Shown: piece after piece, positions 1 through 14,000 of the stretch | How the letters are laid out: each line of letters begins with the position of its first letter | Numbering within the stretch: the stretch's first letter is position 1 | Assembly: GCA_964016885.1 (NCBI GenBank) | Contig: OZ024744.1 | Location: 124,062,001 to 124,126,000, forward strand | Origin: Eledone cirrhosa | Lineage: Eukaryota | Direction: 5' to 3' | Length of the DNA stretch: 64,000 bases | Made by a program: the position numbers and the translations under genes | Notes under the pieces: model-generated | Told to the model about the DNA's origin: nothing | The model's database searches: none | The model's input: the letters and a program-made list of their open reading frames with translations, nothing else

Positions 1-3000
1 AGGTAGTACAATAGTCTGTAATAATTTGTCCAACCCATGTATGTAGGTCAATAGCCTGTAATAACTTGTCCAACCTATGACAGGTAGGACAATAGTCTGT
101 AATAACTTGCCCTACCCATGACAGGTAGGACAATAGTGTGTAATAACTTGTCCAACCCATGACAGGTAGGACAATAGTCGGTAATAACTCGTCCAACCCA
201 TGTATATAGGACAATAGTCTGTAATAACTTGTCCAACCCATGTATGTAGGACAATAGTCTGTAATAACTTGTCCAACCCATGACAGGTAGGACAATAGTC
301 TGTAATAACTTGTCCAACCCATGTATGTAGGACAATAGTCTGTAATAACTTGTCCAACCCATGACAGGTAGGACTATAGTCTGTAATAACTTGTCCAACC
401 CATGACAGGTAGGACAATAGTCTGTAATAGCTTGTCCAACCCATGACAGGTAAGACAATATCTGTAATAACTTATCCAACTCATGACAGGTAGGACAATA
501 GTCTGTAATAACTTGTCCAACCCATGACAGGTAAGACAATAGTCTGTAATAACTTGTCCAACCCATGCCAGGTAGGACAATAGTCTGTAATAACTTGTCC
601 AACCCATGACAGGTAAGACAATAGTCTGTAATAACTTGTCCAACCCATGACAGGTAGGACAATAGTCTGTAATAACTTGTCCAACCCATGACAGGTAAGA
701 CAATACTCTGTAATAACTTGTCCAACCCATGACAGGTAGGACAATAGTCTGTAATAACTTGTCCAACCCATGACAGGTAGGACAATAGTCTGTAATAACT
801 TGTCCAACCCATGACAGGTAGGACAATAGTCTGTAATAACCTGTCCAACCCATGACAGGTAGGACAATAGTCTGTAATAACTTGTCCAACCCATTTATGT
901 AGGACAATAGTCTGTAATAACTTGTCCAACCCATGCCAGGTAGGACAATAGTCTGTACTAACTTGTCCAACCCATGTATGTAGGACAATAGTCTGTACTA
1001 ACTTGTCCAACCCATGTATGTAGGACAATAGTCTGTAATAACTCGTCCAACCCATGTATGTAGGACAATAGTCTGTAATAACTTGTCCAACCCATGACAG
1101 GTAGGACAATATTCTGCAATACCTCGTCGAACCCATGACAGGTAGGACAATAGTCTGTAATAACTTGTCCAACCCATGTATGTAGGACAATAGTCTGTAA
1201 TAACTTGTCCAACCCATGAAAGGTAGGTCAATAGTCTGTAATAACTTGTCCAACCCATGTATGTAGGACAATAGTCTGTAATAACTTGTCCAACCCATGA
1301 CATGTAGGACAATAGTCTGTAATAACTTGTCCAACCCATGACAGGTAGGACAATTGTCTGTAATACCTTGTCCAACCAATGACTGGTAGGAGAATAGTCT
1401 GTAATAACTTGTCCAACCCATAACAGGTAGGACAATAGTCTGTAATACCTTGTCCAACCCATGACAGGTAGGACAATAGTCTGTAATAACTTGTCCAACC
1501 CATGACAGGTAGGACAATAGTCTGTAATAAATTGTCCAACCCATGACAGGTAGGACATTAGTGTGTAATAACTTGTCCAATTCATGACAGGTAGGACAAT
1601 AGTCTGTAATAACTTGTCCAACCCATGACAGGTAGGACGATAGTCTGTAATGACTTGTCCAACCCATGTATGTAGGTCAATAGCCTGTAATAACTTGTCC
1701 AACCCATGACAGGTAGGACAATAGTCTGTAATAACTTGTCCAACCCATGACATGTAGGACAATAAATAGTCTGTAATAACTTGTCCAACCCATGTATGTA
1801 CGACAATAGTCTGTAATAACTTGCCTAACCCATGTATGTAGGACAATAGTCTGTAATAACGTGTCCAACCCATGTATGTAGGACAATAGTCTATAATAAC
1901 TTGTCCAACCCATGTATGTAGGACAATAGTCTGTAATAACTTGTCCAACCCATGACAGGTAGGACAATAGTCTGTAATACCTCGTCCAACCCTTGACAGG
2001 TAGGACAATAGTCTGTAATAACTTGTCCAACCCATGACAGGTAGGACAATAGTCTGTAATAACTTGTCCAACCCATGACAGGTAGGACAATAGTCTGTAA
2101 TAACTTGTCCAACCCATGTATGTAGGACAATAGTCTGTAATAACTTGTCCAACCCATGACAGGTAGGACAATAGTCTGTAATAACTTGTCCAACCCATGA
2201 CAGGTAGGGCAATAGTCTGTAATAACTTGTCCAACCCATGTATGTAGGACAATAGTCTGTAATAACTTGTCCAACCCATGACAGGTAGGACAATAGTCTG
2301 TAATAACTTGTCCAACCCATGACAGGTAGGACAATAGTCTGTAATAACTTGTCCAACCCATGACAGGTAGGGCAATAGTCTGTAATAACTTGTCCAACCC
2401 ATGTATGTAGGACAATAGTCTGTAGTAACTTGTCCAACCCATGACAGGTAGGACAATAGTCTGTAATAACTTGTCCAACCCATGACAGGTAGGACAATAG
2501 TCTGTAATACCTTGTCCAACCAATGACAGGTAGGAAAATAGTCTGTAATAACTTGTCCAACCCATGTATGTAGGACAATAGTCTGTAATAACTTGTCCAA
2601 CCCATGTATGTAGGACAATAGTCTATAATAACTTGTCCAACCCATGTATGTAGGACAATAGTCTGTAATAACTTGTCCAACCCATGACAGGTAGGACAAT
2701 AGTCTGTAATACCTCGTCCAACCCTTGACAGGTAGGACAATAGTCTGTAATAACTTGTCCAACCCATGACAGGTAGGACAATAGTCTGTAATAACTTGTC
2801 CAACCCATGACAGGTAGGACAATAGTATGTAATAACTTGTCCAACCCATGACAGGTAGGACAATAGTCTGTAATAACTTGTCCAACCCATGACAGGTAGG
2901 GCAATAGTCTGTAATAACTTGTCCAACCCATGTATGTAGGACAATAGTCTGTAGTAACTTGTCCAACCCATGACAGGTAGGACAATAGTCTGTAATAACT

Positions 3001-5060
3001 TGTCCAACCCATGACAGGTAGGACAATAGTCTGTAATAACTTGTCCATCCTATGACTGGTATGACAATAGTCTGTAATAACTTGTCCAACCCATGACAGG
3101 TAGGACAATAGTCTGTAATAACTTGTCCAACCCATGCCAGGTAGGACAATAGTCTGTACTAACTTGTCCAACCCATGTATGTAGGACAATAGTCTGTACT
3201 AACTTGTCCAACCCATGTATGTAGGACAATAGTCTGTAATAACTCGTCCAACCCATGTATGTAGGACAATAGTCTGTAATAACTTGTCCAACCCATGACA
3301 GGTAGGACAATATTCTGTAATAACTTGTCCAACCCATGTATGTAAGACAATAGTCTGTAATAACTTGTCCAACCCATGACAGGTAGTACAATAGTCTGTA
3401 ATAACTTGTCCAACCCATGACAGGTAGGACAATAGTCTGTAATACCTTGTCCAACCAATGACAGGTAGGAAAATAGTCTGTAATAACTTGTCCAACCCAT
3501 GACAGGTAGGACAATAGTCTGTAATACCTACTCCAACCAATGACAGGTAGGACAATAGTCTGTAATAACTTGTCCAACCCATGTATGTAGGACAATAGTC
3601 TTTAATAACTTGTCCAACCCATGTATGTAGGACAATAGCCTGTAATAACTTGTCCAACCCATGACAGGTAGTACAATAGTCTGTAATAATTTGTCCAACC
3701 CATGTATGTAGGTCAATAGCCTGTAATAACTTGTCCAACCTATGACAGGTAGGACAATAGTCTGTAATAACTTGCACTACCCATGACAGGTAGGACAATA
3801 GTGTGTAATAACTTGTCCAACCCATGACAGGTAGGACAATAGTCGGTAATAACTCGTCCAACCCATGTATATAGGACAATAGTCTGTAATAACTTGTCCA
3901 ACCCATGTATGTAGGACAATAGTCTGTAATAACTTGTCCAACCCATGATAGGTAGGACAATAGTCTGTAATAACTTGTCCAACCCATGTATGTAGGACAA
4001 TAGTCTGTAATAACTTGTCCAACCCATGACAGGTAGGACTATAGTCTGTAATAACTTGTCCAACCCATGACAGGTAGGACAATAGTCTGTAATAACTTGT
4101 CCAACCCATGACAGGTAAGACAATATCTGTAATAACTTATCCAACTCATGACAGGTAGGACAATAGTCTGTAATAACTTGTCCAACCCATGACAGGTAAG
4201 ACAATAGTCTGTAATAACTTGTCCAACCCATGCCAGGTAGGACAATAGTCTGTAATAACTTGTCCAACCCATGACAGGTAAGATAATAGTCTGTAATAAC
4301 TTGTCCAACCCATGACAGGTAGGACAATAGTCTGTAATAACTTGTCCAACCCATGACAGGTAAGACAATACTCTGTAATAACTTGTCCAACCCATGACAG
4401 GTAGGACAATAGTCTGTAATAACTTGTCCAACCCATGACAGGTAGGACAATAGTCTGTAATAACTTGTCCAACCCATGTATGTAGGACAATAGTCTGTAA
4501 TAACTTGTCCAACCCATGAAAGGTAGGTCAATAGTCTGTAATAACTTGTCCAACCCATGTATGTAGGACAATAGTCTGTAATAACTTGTCCAACCCATGA
4601 CATGTAGGACAATAGTCTGTAATAACTTGTCCAACCCATGACAGGTAGGACAATTGTCTGTAATACCTTGTCCAACCAATGACTGGTAGGAGAATAGTCT
4701 GTAATAACTTGTCCAACCCATAACAGGTAGGACAATAGTCTGTAATACCTTGTCCAACCCATGACAGGTAGGACAATAGTCTGTAATAACTTGTCCAACC
4801 CATGACAGGTAGGACAATCGTCTGTAATAAATTGTCCAACCCATGACAGGTAGGACATTAGTGTGTAATAACTTGTCCAACCCATGACAGGTAGGACAAT
4901 AGTCTGTAATAACTTGTCCAACCCATGACAGGTAGGACGATAGTCTGTAATGACTTGTCCAACCCATGTATGTAGGTCAATAGCCTGTAATAACTTGTCC
5001 AACCCATGACAGGTAGGACAATAGTCTGTAATAACTTGTCCAACCCATGACATGTAGGAC
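1..5060. repeat. Diverged higher-order duplication: about 1-1760 repeated at about 3666-5060 (offset 3665, then 3300 after a 365-bp indel)
   Basis: ORF starts 75/112/374/481 recur at 3740/3777/4039/4146 (+3665), and 1228 recurs at 4528 (+3300). Shared rare variants include aacctatg, aatagtgtg, gtcggt, gactatag, aagacaatatct and gacaattgtc. The 365-bp difference equals 5 A plus 4 B monomers. Confidence 0.85.
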
Positions 5061-8000
5061 AATAGTCTGTAATAACTTGTCCAACCCATGTATGTAGGAC
5101 AATAGTCTGTACTAACTTGTCCAACCCATGTATGTAGGACAATAGTCTGTAATAACTCGTCCAACCCATGTATGTAGGACAATAGTCTGTAATAACTTGT
5201 CCAACCCATGACAGGTAGGACAATATTCTGTAATAACTTGTCCAACCCATGTATGTAAGACAATAGTCTGTAATAACTTGTCCAACCCATGACAGGTAGT
5301 ACAATAGTCTGTAATAACTTGTCCAACCCATGACAGGTAGGACAATAGTCTGTAATACCTTGTCCAACCAATGACAGGTAGGAAAATAGTCTGTAATAAC
5401 TTGTCCAACCCATGACAGGTAGGACAATAGCCTGTAATACCTACTCCAACCAATGACAGGTAGGACAATAGTCTGTAATAACTTGTCCAACCCATGTATG
5501 TAGGACAATAGTCTTTAATAACTTGTCCAACCCATGTATGTAGGTCAATAGCCTGTAATAACTTGTCCAACCCATGACAGGTAGGACAATAATCTGTAAT
5601 AACTTGTCTAACCCATGACAGGTAGGACAATAGTCTGTAATAACTTGTCCAACCCATGTATGTAGGACAATAGTCTGTAATAACTTGTCCAACCCATGTA
5701 TGTAGGACAATAGTCTGTAATAACTTGTCTAACCCATGTATGTAGGACAATAGTCTGTAATAACTTGTCCAACCCATGACAGGTAGGACAATAGTCTGTA
5801 ATACCTCGTCCAACCCATGACAGGTAGGACAATAGTCTGTAATAACTTGTCCAACCCATGACAGGTAGGACAATAGTCTGTAATAACTTGTCCAACCCAT
5901 GACAGGTAGGACAATAGTCTGTATAAACTTGTCCAAACCATGACAGGTAGGACAATAGTCTGTAATAACTTGTCCAACCCATGTATGTAGGACAATAGTC
6001 TGTAATAACTTGTCCAACCCATGACAGGTAGGACAATAGTCTGTAATAACTTGTCCAACCCATGACAGGTAGGACAATAGTCTGTAACAACTTGTCCAAC
6101 CCATGTATGTAGGACAATAGTCTGTAATAACTTGTCCAACCTATGACAGGTAGGACAATAGTCTGTAATAACTTGTCCAGCCCATGCCAGGTAGGACAAG
6201 TCTGTAATAACTTTTCCAACCCATGACAGGTAGGGCAATAGTCTGCAATAACTTGTCCAACCCATGACAGGTAGGACAATAGTCTGTAATAACTTGTCCA
6301 ACCCATGACAGGTAGGGCAATAGTCTGTAATAACTTGTCCAACCCATGTATGCAGGACAATAGTCTGTAATAACTTGTCCAACCCATGACAGGTAGGACA
6401 ATAGTCTGTAATAACTTGTCCAACCCATGCATGTAGGACAATAGTCTGTAATAACTTGTCCAACCCATGTATGTAGGACAATAGTCTGTAATAACTTGTC
6501 CAAGCCATTACAGGTAGGACAATAGTCTGTAATAACTTGTCCATCCCATGACAGGTAGGACAATAGTCTGTAATAACTTGTCCAACCCATGACAGCTAGG
6601 ACAATAGTCTATAATAACTTGTCCAACCCATGTATGTAGGACAATAGTCTGTAATAACTTGTCCAACCCATGACAGGTAGGACAATAGTCTGTAATAACT
6701 TGTCCAACCCATGACAGGTAGGGTAATAATCTGTAATAACTTGTCCAACCCATGTATGTAGGACAATAGTCTGTAATAACTTGTCCAACCCATGACAGGT
6801 AGGGCAATAGTCTGTAATAACTTGTCCAACCCATGACAGGTAGGACAATAGTCTGTAATAACTTGTCCAACCCATGACAGGTAGGGCAATAGTCTGTAAT
6901 AACTTGTCCAACCCATGTATGCAGGACAATAGTCTGTAATAACTTGTCCATTCCATGACAGGTAGGACAATAGTCTGTAATAACTTGTCCAACCCATGCA
7001 TGTAGGACAATAGTCTGTAATAACTTGTCCAACCCATGTATGTAGGACAATAGTCTGTAATAACTTATCCAACCCATGACAGGTAGGACAATAGTCTGTA
7101 ATAACTTGTCCATCCCATGACAGGTAGGACAATAGTCTGTAATAACTTGTCCAACCCATGACAGGTAGGGTAATAGTCTGTAATAACTTGTCCAACCCAT
7201 GACAGGTAGGACAATAGTCTGTAATAACTTGTCCAACCCATGACATGTAGGACAATAGTCTGTAATAACTTGTCCAACCCGTGACAGGTAGGACAATAGT
7301 CTGTAATAACTTGTCGAACCCACGTATGTAGGACAATAGTCTGTAATAAATTGTCCAACCCATGACAGGTAGGACAATAATCTGTAATAACTTGTCTAAC
7401 CCATGACAGGTAGGACAATAGTCTGTAATAACTTGTCCAACCCATGTATGTAGGACAATAGTCTGTAATAACTTGTCCAACCCATGTATGTAGGACAATA
7501 GTCTGTAATAATAATTTGTCCAACCCATGTATGTAGGACAATAGTCTGTAATAACTTGTCCAACCCATGAAAGGTAGGTCAATAGTCTGTAATAACTTGT
7601 CCAACCCATGTATGTAGGACAATAGTCTGTAATAACTTGTCCAACCCATGACATGTAGGACAATAGTCTGTAATAACTTGTCCAACCCATGACAGGTAGG
7701 ACAATAGTCTGTAATACCTTGTCCAACCAATGACAGGTAGGAGAATAGTCTGTAATGACTTGTCCAACCCATAACAGGTAGGACAATAGTCTGTAATACC
7801 TTGTCCAACCCATGACAGGTAGGACAATAGTCTGTAATAACTTGTACAACCCATGTATGTAGGACAATAGTCTGTAATAACTTGTCCAACCCATGTATGT
7901 AGGACAATAGTCTGTAATAACTTGTCCAAACCATGACAGGTAGGACAATAGTCTGTAATAACTTCTACAACCCATGACAGGTAGGACAATAGTCTGTAAC

Positions 8001-11000
8001 AACTTGTCCAACCCATGTATGTAGGACAATAGTCTGTAATAACTTGTCCAACCCATGACAGGTAGGACATTAGTGTGTAATAACTTGTCCAACCCATGAC
8101 AGGTAGGACAATAGTCTGTAATAACTTGTCCAACCCATGACAGGTAGGACGATAGTCTGTAATAACTTGTCCAACCCATGTATGTAGGTCAATAGCCTGT
8201 AATAACTTGTCCAACCCATGACAGGTAGGACAATAGTCTGTAATAACTTGTCCAACCCATGACAAGTAGGACAATAGTCTGTAATAACTTGTCCAACCCA
8301 TGTATGTAGGACAATAGTCTGTAATAACTTGTCCAACCCATGTATGTACGACAATAGTCTGTAATAACTTGCCTAACCCATGTATGTAGGTCAATAGTCT
8401 ATAATAACTTGTCCAACCCATGTATGTAGGACAATAGTCTATAATAACTTGTCCAACCCATGTATGTAGGACAATAGTCTGTAATAACTTGTCCAACCCA
8501 TGACAGGTAGGACAATAGTCTGTAATACCTCGTCCAACCCATGACAGGTAGGACAATAGTCTGTAATAACTTGTCCAACCCATGACAGGTAGGACAATAG
8601 TCTGTAATAACTTGTCCAACCCATGTATATAGGACAATAGTCTGTAATAACTTGTCCAACCCATGACAGGTAGGACAATAGTCTGTAATAACTTGTCCAA
8701 CCCATGTATGTAGGACAATAGTCTGTAATAACTTGTCCAACCCATGACAGGTAGGACAATAGTCTGTAATAACTTGTCCAACCCATGACAGGTAGGGCAA
8801 TAGTCTGTAATAACTTGTCCAACCCATGTATGTAGGACAATAGTCTGTAATAACTTGTCCAACCCATGACAGGTAGGACAATAGTCTGTAATAACTTGTC
8901 CAACCCATGTATGCAGGACAATAGTCTGTAATAACTTGTCCAACCCATGACAGGTAGGACAATAGTCTGTAATAACTTGTCCAACCCATGACAGGTAGGA
9001 CAATAGTCTGTAATAACTTGTCCATCCTATGACAGGTATGACAATAGTCTGTAATAACTTGTCCAACCCATGACAGCTAGGACAATAGTCTGTAATAACT
9101 TGTCCAACCCATGACAGGTAGGACAATAGTCTGTAATAACTTGTCCAACCCATGACAGGTAGGGCAATAGTCTGTAATAACTTGTCCAACCCATGTATGT
9201 AGGACAATAGTCAGTAATAACTTGTCCAACCCATGACAGGTAGGGCAATAGTCTGTAATAACTTGTCCAACCCATGACAGGTAGGACAATAGTCTGTAAT
9301 AACTTGTCCAACCCATGACAGGTAGGGCAATAGTCTGTAATAACTTGTCCAACCCATGTATGCAGGACAATAGTCTGTAATAACTTGTCCAACCCATGAC
9401 ATGTAGGACAATAGTCTGTAATAACTTGTCCAACCCGTGACAGGTAGGACAATAGTCTGTAATAACTTGTCGAACCCACGTATGTAGGACAATAGTCTGT
9501 AATAAATTGTCCAACCCATGACAGGTAGGACAATAATCTGTAATAACTTGTCTAACCCATGACAGGTAGGACAATAGTCTGTAATAACTTGTCCAACCCA
9601 TGTATGTAGGACAATAGTCTGTAATAACTTGTCCAACCCATGTATGTAGGACAATAGTCTGTAATAATAATTTGTCCAACCCATGTATGTAGGACAATAG
9701 TCTGTAATAACTTGTCCAACCCATGAAAGGTAGGTCAATAGTCTGTAATAACTTGTCCAACCCATGTATGTAGGACAATAGTCTGTAATAACTTGTCCAA
9801 CCCATGACATGTAGGACAATAGTCTGTAATAACTTGTCCAACCCATGACAGGTAGGACAATAGTCTGTAATACCTTGTCCAACCAATGACAGGTAGGAGA
9901 ATAGTCTGTAATAACTTGTCCAACCCATAACAGGTAGGACAATAGTCTGTAATACCTTGTCCAACCCATGACAGGTAGGACAATAGTCTGTAATAACTTG
10001 TACAACCCATGTATGTAGGACAATAGTCTGTAATAACTTGTCCAACCCATGTATGTAGGACAATAGTCTGTAATAACTTGTCCAAACCATGACAGGTAGG
10101 ACAATAGTCTGTAATAACTTCTACAACCCATGACAGGTAGGACAATAGTCTGTAATAACTTGTCCAACCCATGTATGTAGGACAATAGTCTGTAATAACT
10201 TGTCCAACCCATGACAGGTAGGACATTAGTGTGTAATAACTTGTCCAACCCATGACAGGTAGGACAATAGTCTGTAATAACTTGTCCAACCCATGACAGG
10301 TAGGACGATAGTCTGTAATAACTTGTCCAACCCATGTATGTAGGTCAATAGCCTGTAATAACTTGTCCAACCCATGTATGTAGGACAATAGTCTGTAATA
10401 ACTTATCCAACCCATGACAGGTAGGACAATAGTCTGTAATAACTTGTCCATCCCATGACAGGTAGGACAATAGTCTGTAATAACTTGTCCAACCCATGAC
10501 AGGTAGGGTAATAGTCTGTAATAACTTGTCCAACCCATGACAGGTAGGACAATAGTCTGTAATAACTTGTCCAACCCATGACATGTAGGACAATAGTCTG
10601 TAATAACTTGTCCAACCCGTGACAGGTAGGACAATAGTCTGTAATAACTTGTCGAACCCACGTATGTAGGACAATAGTCTGTAATAAATTGTCCAACCCA
10701 TGACAGGTAGGACAATAATCTGTAATAACTTGTCTAACCCATGACAGGTAGGACAATAGTCTGTAATAACTTGTCCAACCCATGTATGTAGGACAATAGT
10801 CTGTAATAACTTGTCCAACCCATGACAGGTAGGACAATAGTCTGTAATAACTTGTCCAACCCATGACAGGTAGGGCAATAGTCTGTAATAACTTGTCCAA
10901 CCCATGTATGTAGGACAATAGTCTGTAGTAACTTGTCCAACCCATGACAGGTAGGACAATAGTCTGTAATAACTTGTCCAACCCATGACAGGTAGGACAA

Positions 11001-14000
11001 TAGTCTGTAATACCTTGTCCAACCAATGACAGGTAGGAAAATAGTCTGTAATAACTTGTCCAACCCATGTATGTAGGACAATAGTCTGTAATAACTTGTC
11101 CAACCCATGTATGTAGGACAATAGTCTATAATAACTTGTCCAACCCATGTATGTAGGACAATAGTCTGTAATAACTTGTCCAACCCATGACAGGTAGGAC
11201 AATAGTCTGTAATACCTCGTCCAACCCTTGACAGGTAGGACAATAGTCTGTAATAACTTGTCCAACCCATGACAGGTAGGACAATAGTCTGTAATAACTT
11301 GTCCAACCCATGACAGGTAGGACAATAGTATGTAATAACTTGTCCAACCCATGACAGGTAGGACAATAGTCTGTAATAACTTGTCCAACCCATGACAGGT
11401 AGGGCAATAGTCTGTAATAACTTGTCCAACCCATGTATGTAGGACAATAGTCTGTAGTAACTTGTCCAACCCATGACAGGTAGGACAATAGTCTGTAATA
11501 ACTTGTCCAACCCATGACAGGTAGGACAATAGTCTGTAATAACTTGTCCATCCTATGACTGGTATGACAATAGTCTGTAATAACTTGTCCAACCCATGAC
11601 AGGTAGGACAATAGTCTGTAATAACTTGTCCAACCCATGCCAGGTAGGACAATAGTCTGTACTAACTTGTCCAACCCATGTATGTAGGACAATAGTCTGT
11701 ACTAACTTGTCCAACCCATGTATGTAGGACAATAGTCTGTAATAACTCGTCCAACCCATGTATGTAGGACAATAGTCTGTAATAACTTGTCCAACCCATG
11801 ACAGGTAGGACAATATTCTGTAATAACTTGTCCAACCCATGTATGTAAGACAATAGTCTGTAATAACTTGTCCAACCCATGACAGGTAGTACAATAGTCT
11901 GTAATAACTTGTCCAACCCATGACAGGTAGGACAATAGTCTGTAATACCTTGTCCAACCAATGACAGGTAGGAAAATAGTCTGTAATAACTTGTCCAACC
12001 CATGACAGGTAGGACAATAGTCTGTAATACCTACTCCAACCAATGACAGGTAGGACAATAGTCTGTAATAACTTGTCCAACCCATGTATGTAGGACAATA
12101 GTCTTTAATAACTTGTCCAACCCATGTATGTAGGACAATAGCCTGTAATAACTTGTCCAACCCATGACAGGTAGTACAATAGTCTGTAATAATTTGTCCA
12201 ACCCATGTATGTAGGTCAATAGCCTGTAATAACTTGTCCAACCTATGACAGGTAGGACAATAGTCTGTAATAACTTGCACTACCCATGACAGGTAGGACA
12301 ATAGTGTGTAATAACTTGTCCAACCCATGACAGGTAGGACAATAGTCGGTAATAACTCGTCCAACCCATGTATATAGGACAATAGTCTGTAATAACTTGT
12401 CCAACCCATGTATGTAGGACAATAGTCTGTAATAACTTGTCCAACCCATGATAGGTAGGACAATAGTCTGTAATAACTTGTCCAACCCATGTATGTAGGA
12501 CAATAGTCTGTAATAACTTGTCCAACCCATGACAGGTAGGACTATAGTCTGTAATAACTTGTCCAACCCATGACAGGTAGGACAATAGTCTGTAATAACT
12601 TGTCCAACCCATGACAGGTAAGACAATATCTGTAATAACTTATCCAACTCATGACAGGTAGGACAATAGTCTGTAATAACTTGTCCAACCCATGACAGGT
12701 AAGACAATAGTCTGTAATAACTTGTCCAACCCATGCCAGGTAGGACAATAGTCTGTAATAACTTGTCCAACCCATGACAGGTAAGATAATAGTCTGTAAT
12801 AACTTGTCCAACCCATGACAGGTAGGACAATAGTCTGTAATAACTTGTCCAACCCATGACAGGTAAGACAATACTCTGTAATAACTTGTCCAACCCATGA
12901 CAGGTAGGACAATAGTCTGTAATAACTTGTCCAACCCATGACAGGTAGGACAATAGTCTGTAATAACTTGTCCAACCCATGTATGTAGGACAATAGTCTG
13001 TAATAACTTGTCCAACCCATGAAAGGTAGGTCAATAGTCTGTAATAACTTGTCCAACCCATGTATGTAGGACAATAGTCTGTAATAACTTGTCCAACCCA
13101 TGACATGTAGGACAATAGTCTGTAATAACTTGTCCAACCCATGACAGGTAGGACAATTGTCTGTAATACCTTGTCCAACCAATGACTGGTAGGAGAATAG
13201 TCTGTAATAACTTGTCCAACCCATAACAGGTAGGACAATAGTCTGTAATACCTTGTCCAACCCATGACAGGTAGGACAATAGTCTGTAATAACTTGTCCA
13301 ACCCATGACAGGTAGGACAATCGTCTGTAATAAATTGTCCAACCCATGACAGGTAGGACATTAGTGTGTAATAACTTGTCCAACCCATGACAGGTAGGAC
13401 AATAGTCTGTAATAACTTGTCCAACCCATGACAGGTAGGACGATAGTCTGTAATGACTTGTCCAACCCATGTATGTAGGTCAATAGCCTGTAATAACTTG
13501 TCCAACCCATGACAGGTAGGACAATAGTCTGTAATAACTTGTCCAACCCATGACATGTAGGACAATAGTCTGTAATAACTTGTCCAACCCATGTATGTAG
13601 GACAATAGTCTGTACTAACTTGTCCAACCCATGTATGTAGGACAATAGTCTGTAATAACTCGTCCAACCCATGTATGTAGGACAATAGTCTGTAATAACT
13701 TGTCCAACCCATGACAGGTAGGACAATATTCTGTAATAACTTGTCCAACCCATGTATGTAAGACAATAGTCTGTAATAACTTGTCCAACCCATGACAGGT
13801 AGTACAATAGTCTGTAATAACTTGTCCAACCCATGACAGGTAGGACAATAGTCTGTAATACCTTGTCCAACCAATGACAGGTAGGAAAATAGTCTGTAAT
13901 AACTTGTCCAACCCATGACAGGTAGGACAATAGCCTGTAATACCTACTCCAACCAATGACAGGTAGGACAATAGTCTGTAATAACTTGTCCAACCCATGT

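Noticed and set aside
444-456. Splice-donor-like CAGGTAGG in A monomers and CAGGTAAG in the aagac variant
   Set aside because: This is a short motif multiplied by tandem repetition. There is no exon, acceptor or polypyrimidine context, and the plus strand is full of stops.
1761-1766. AATAAA polyadenylation-like hexamers (here and in the gtaataaatt variants)
   Set aside because: They are created by single slippage or substitution events in an AT-rich loop, with no associated gene.
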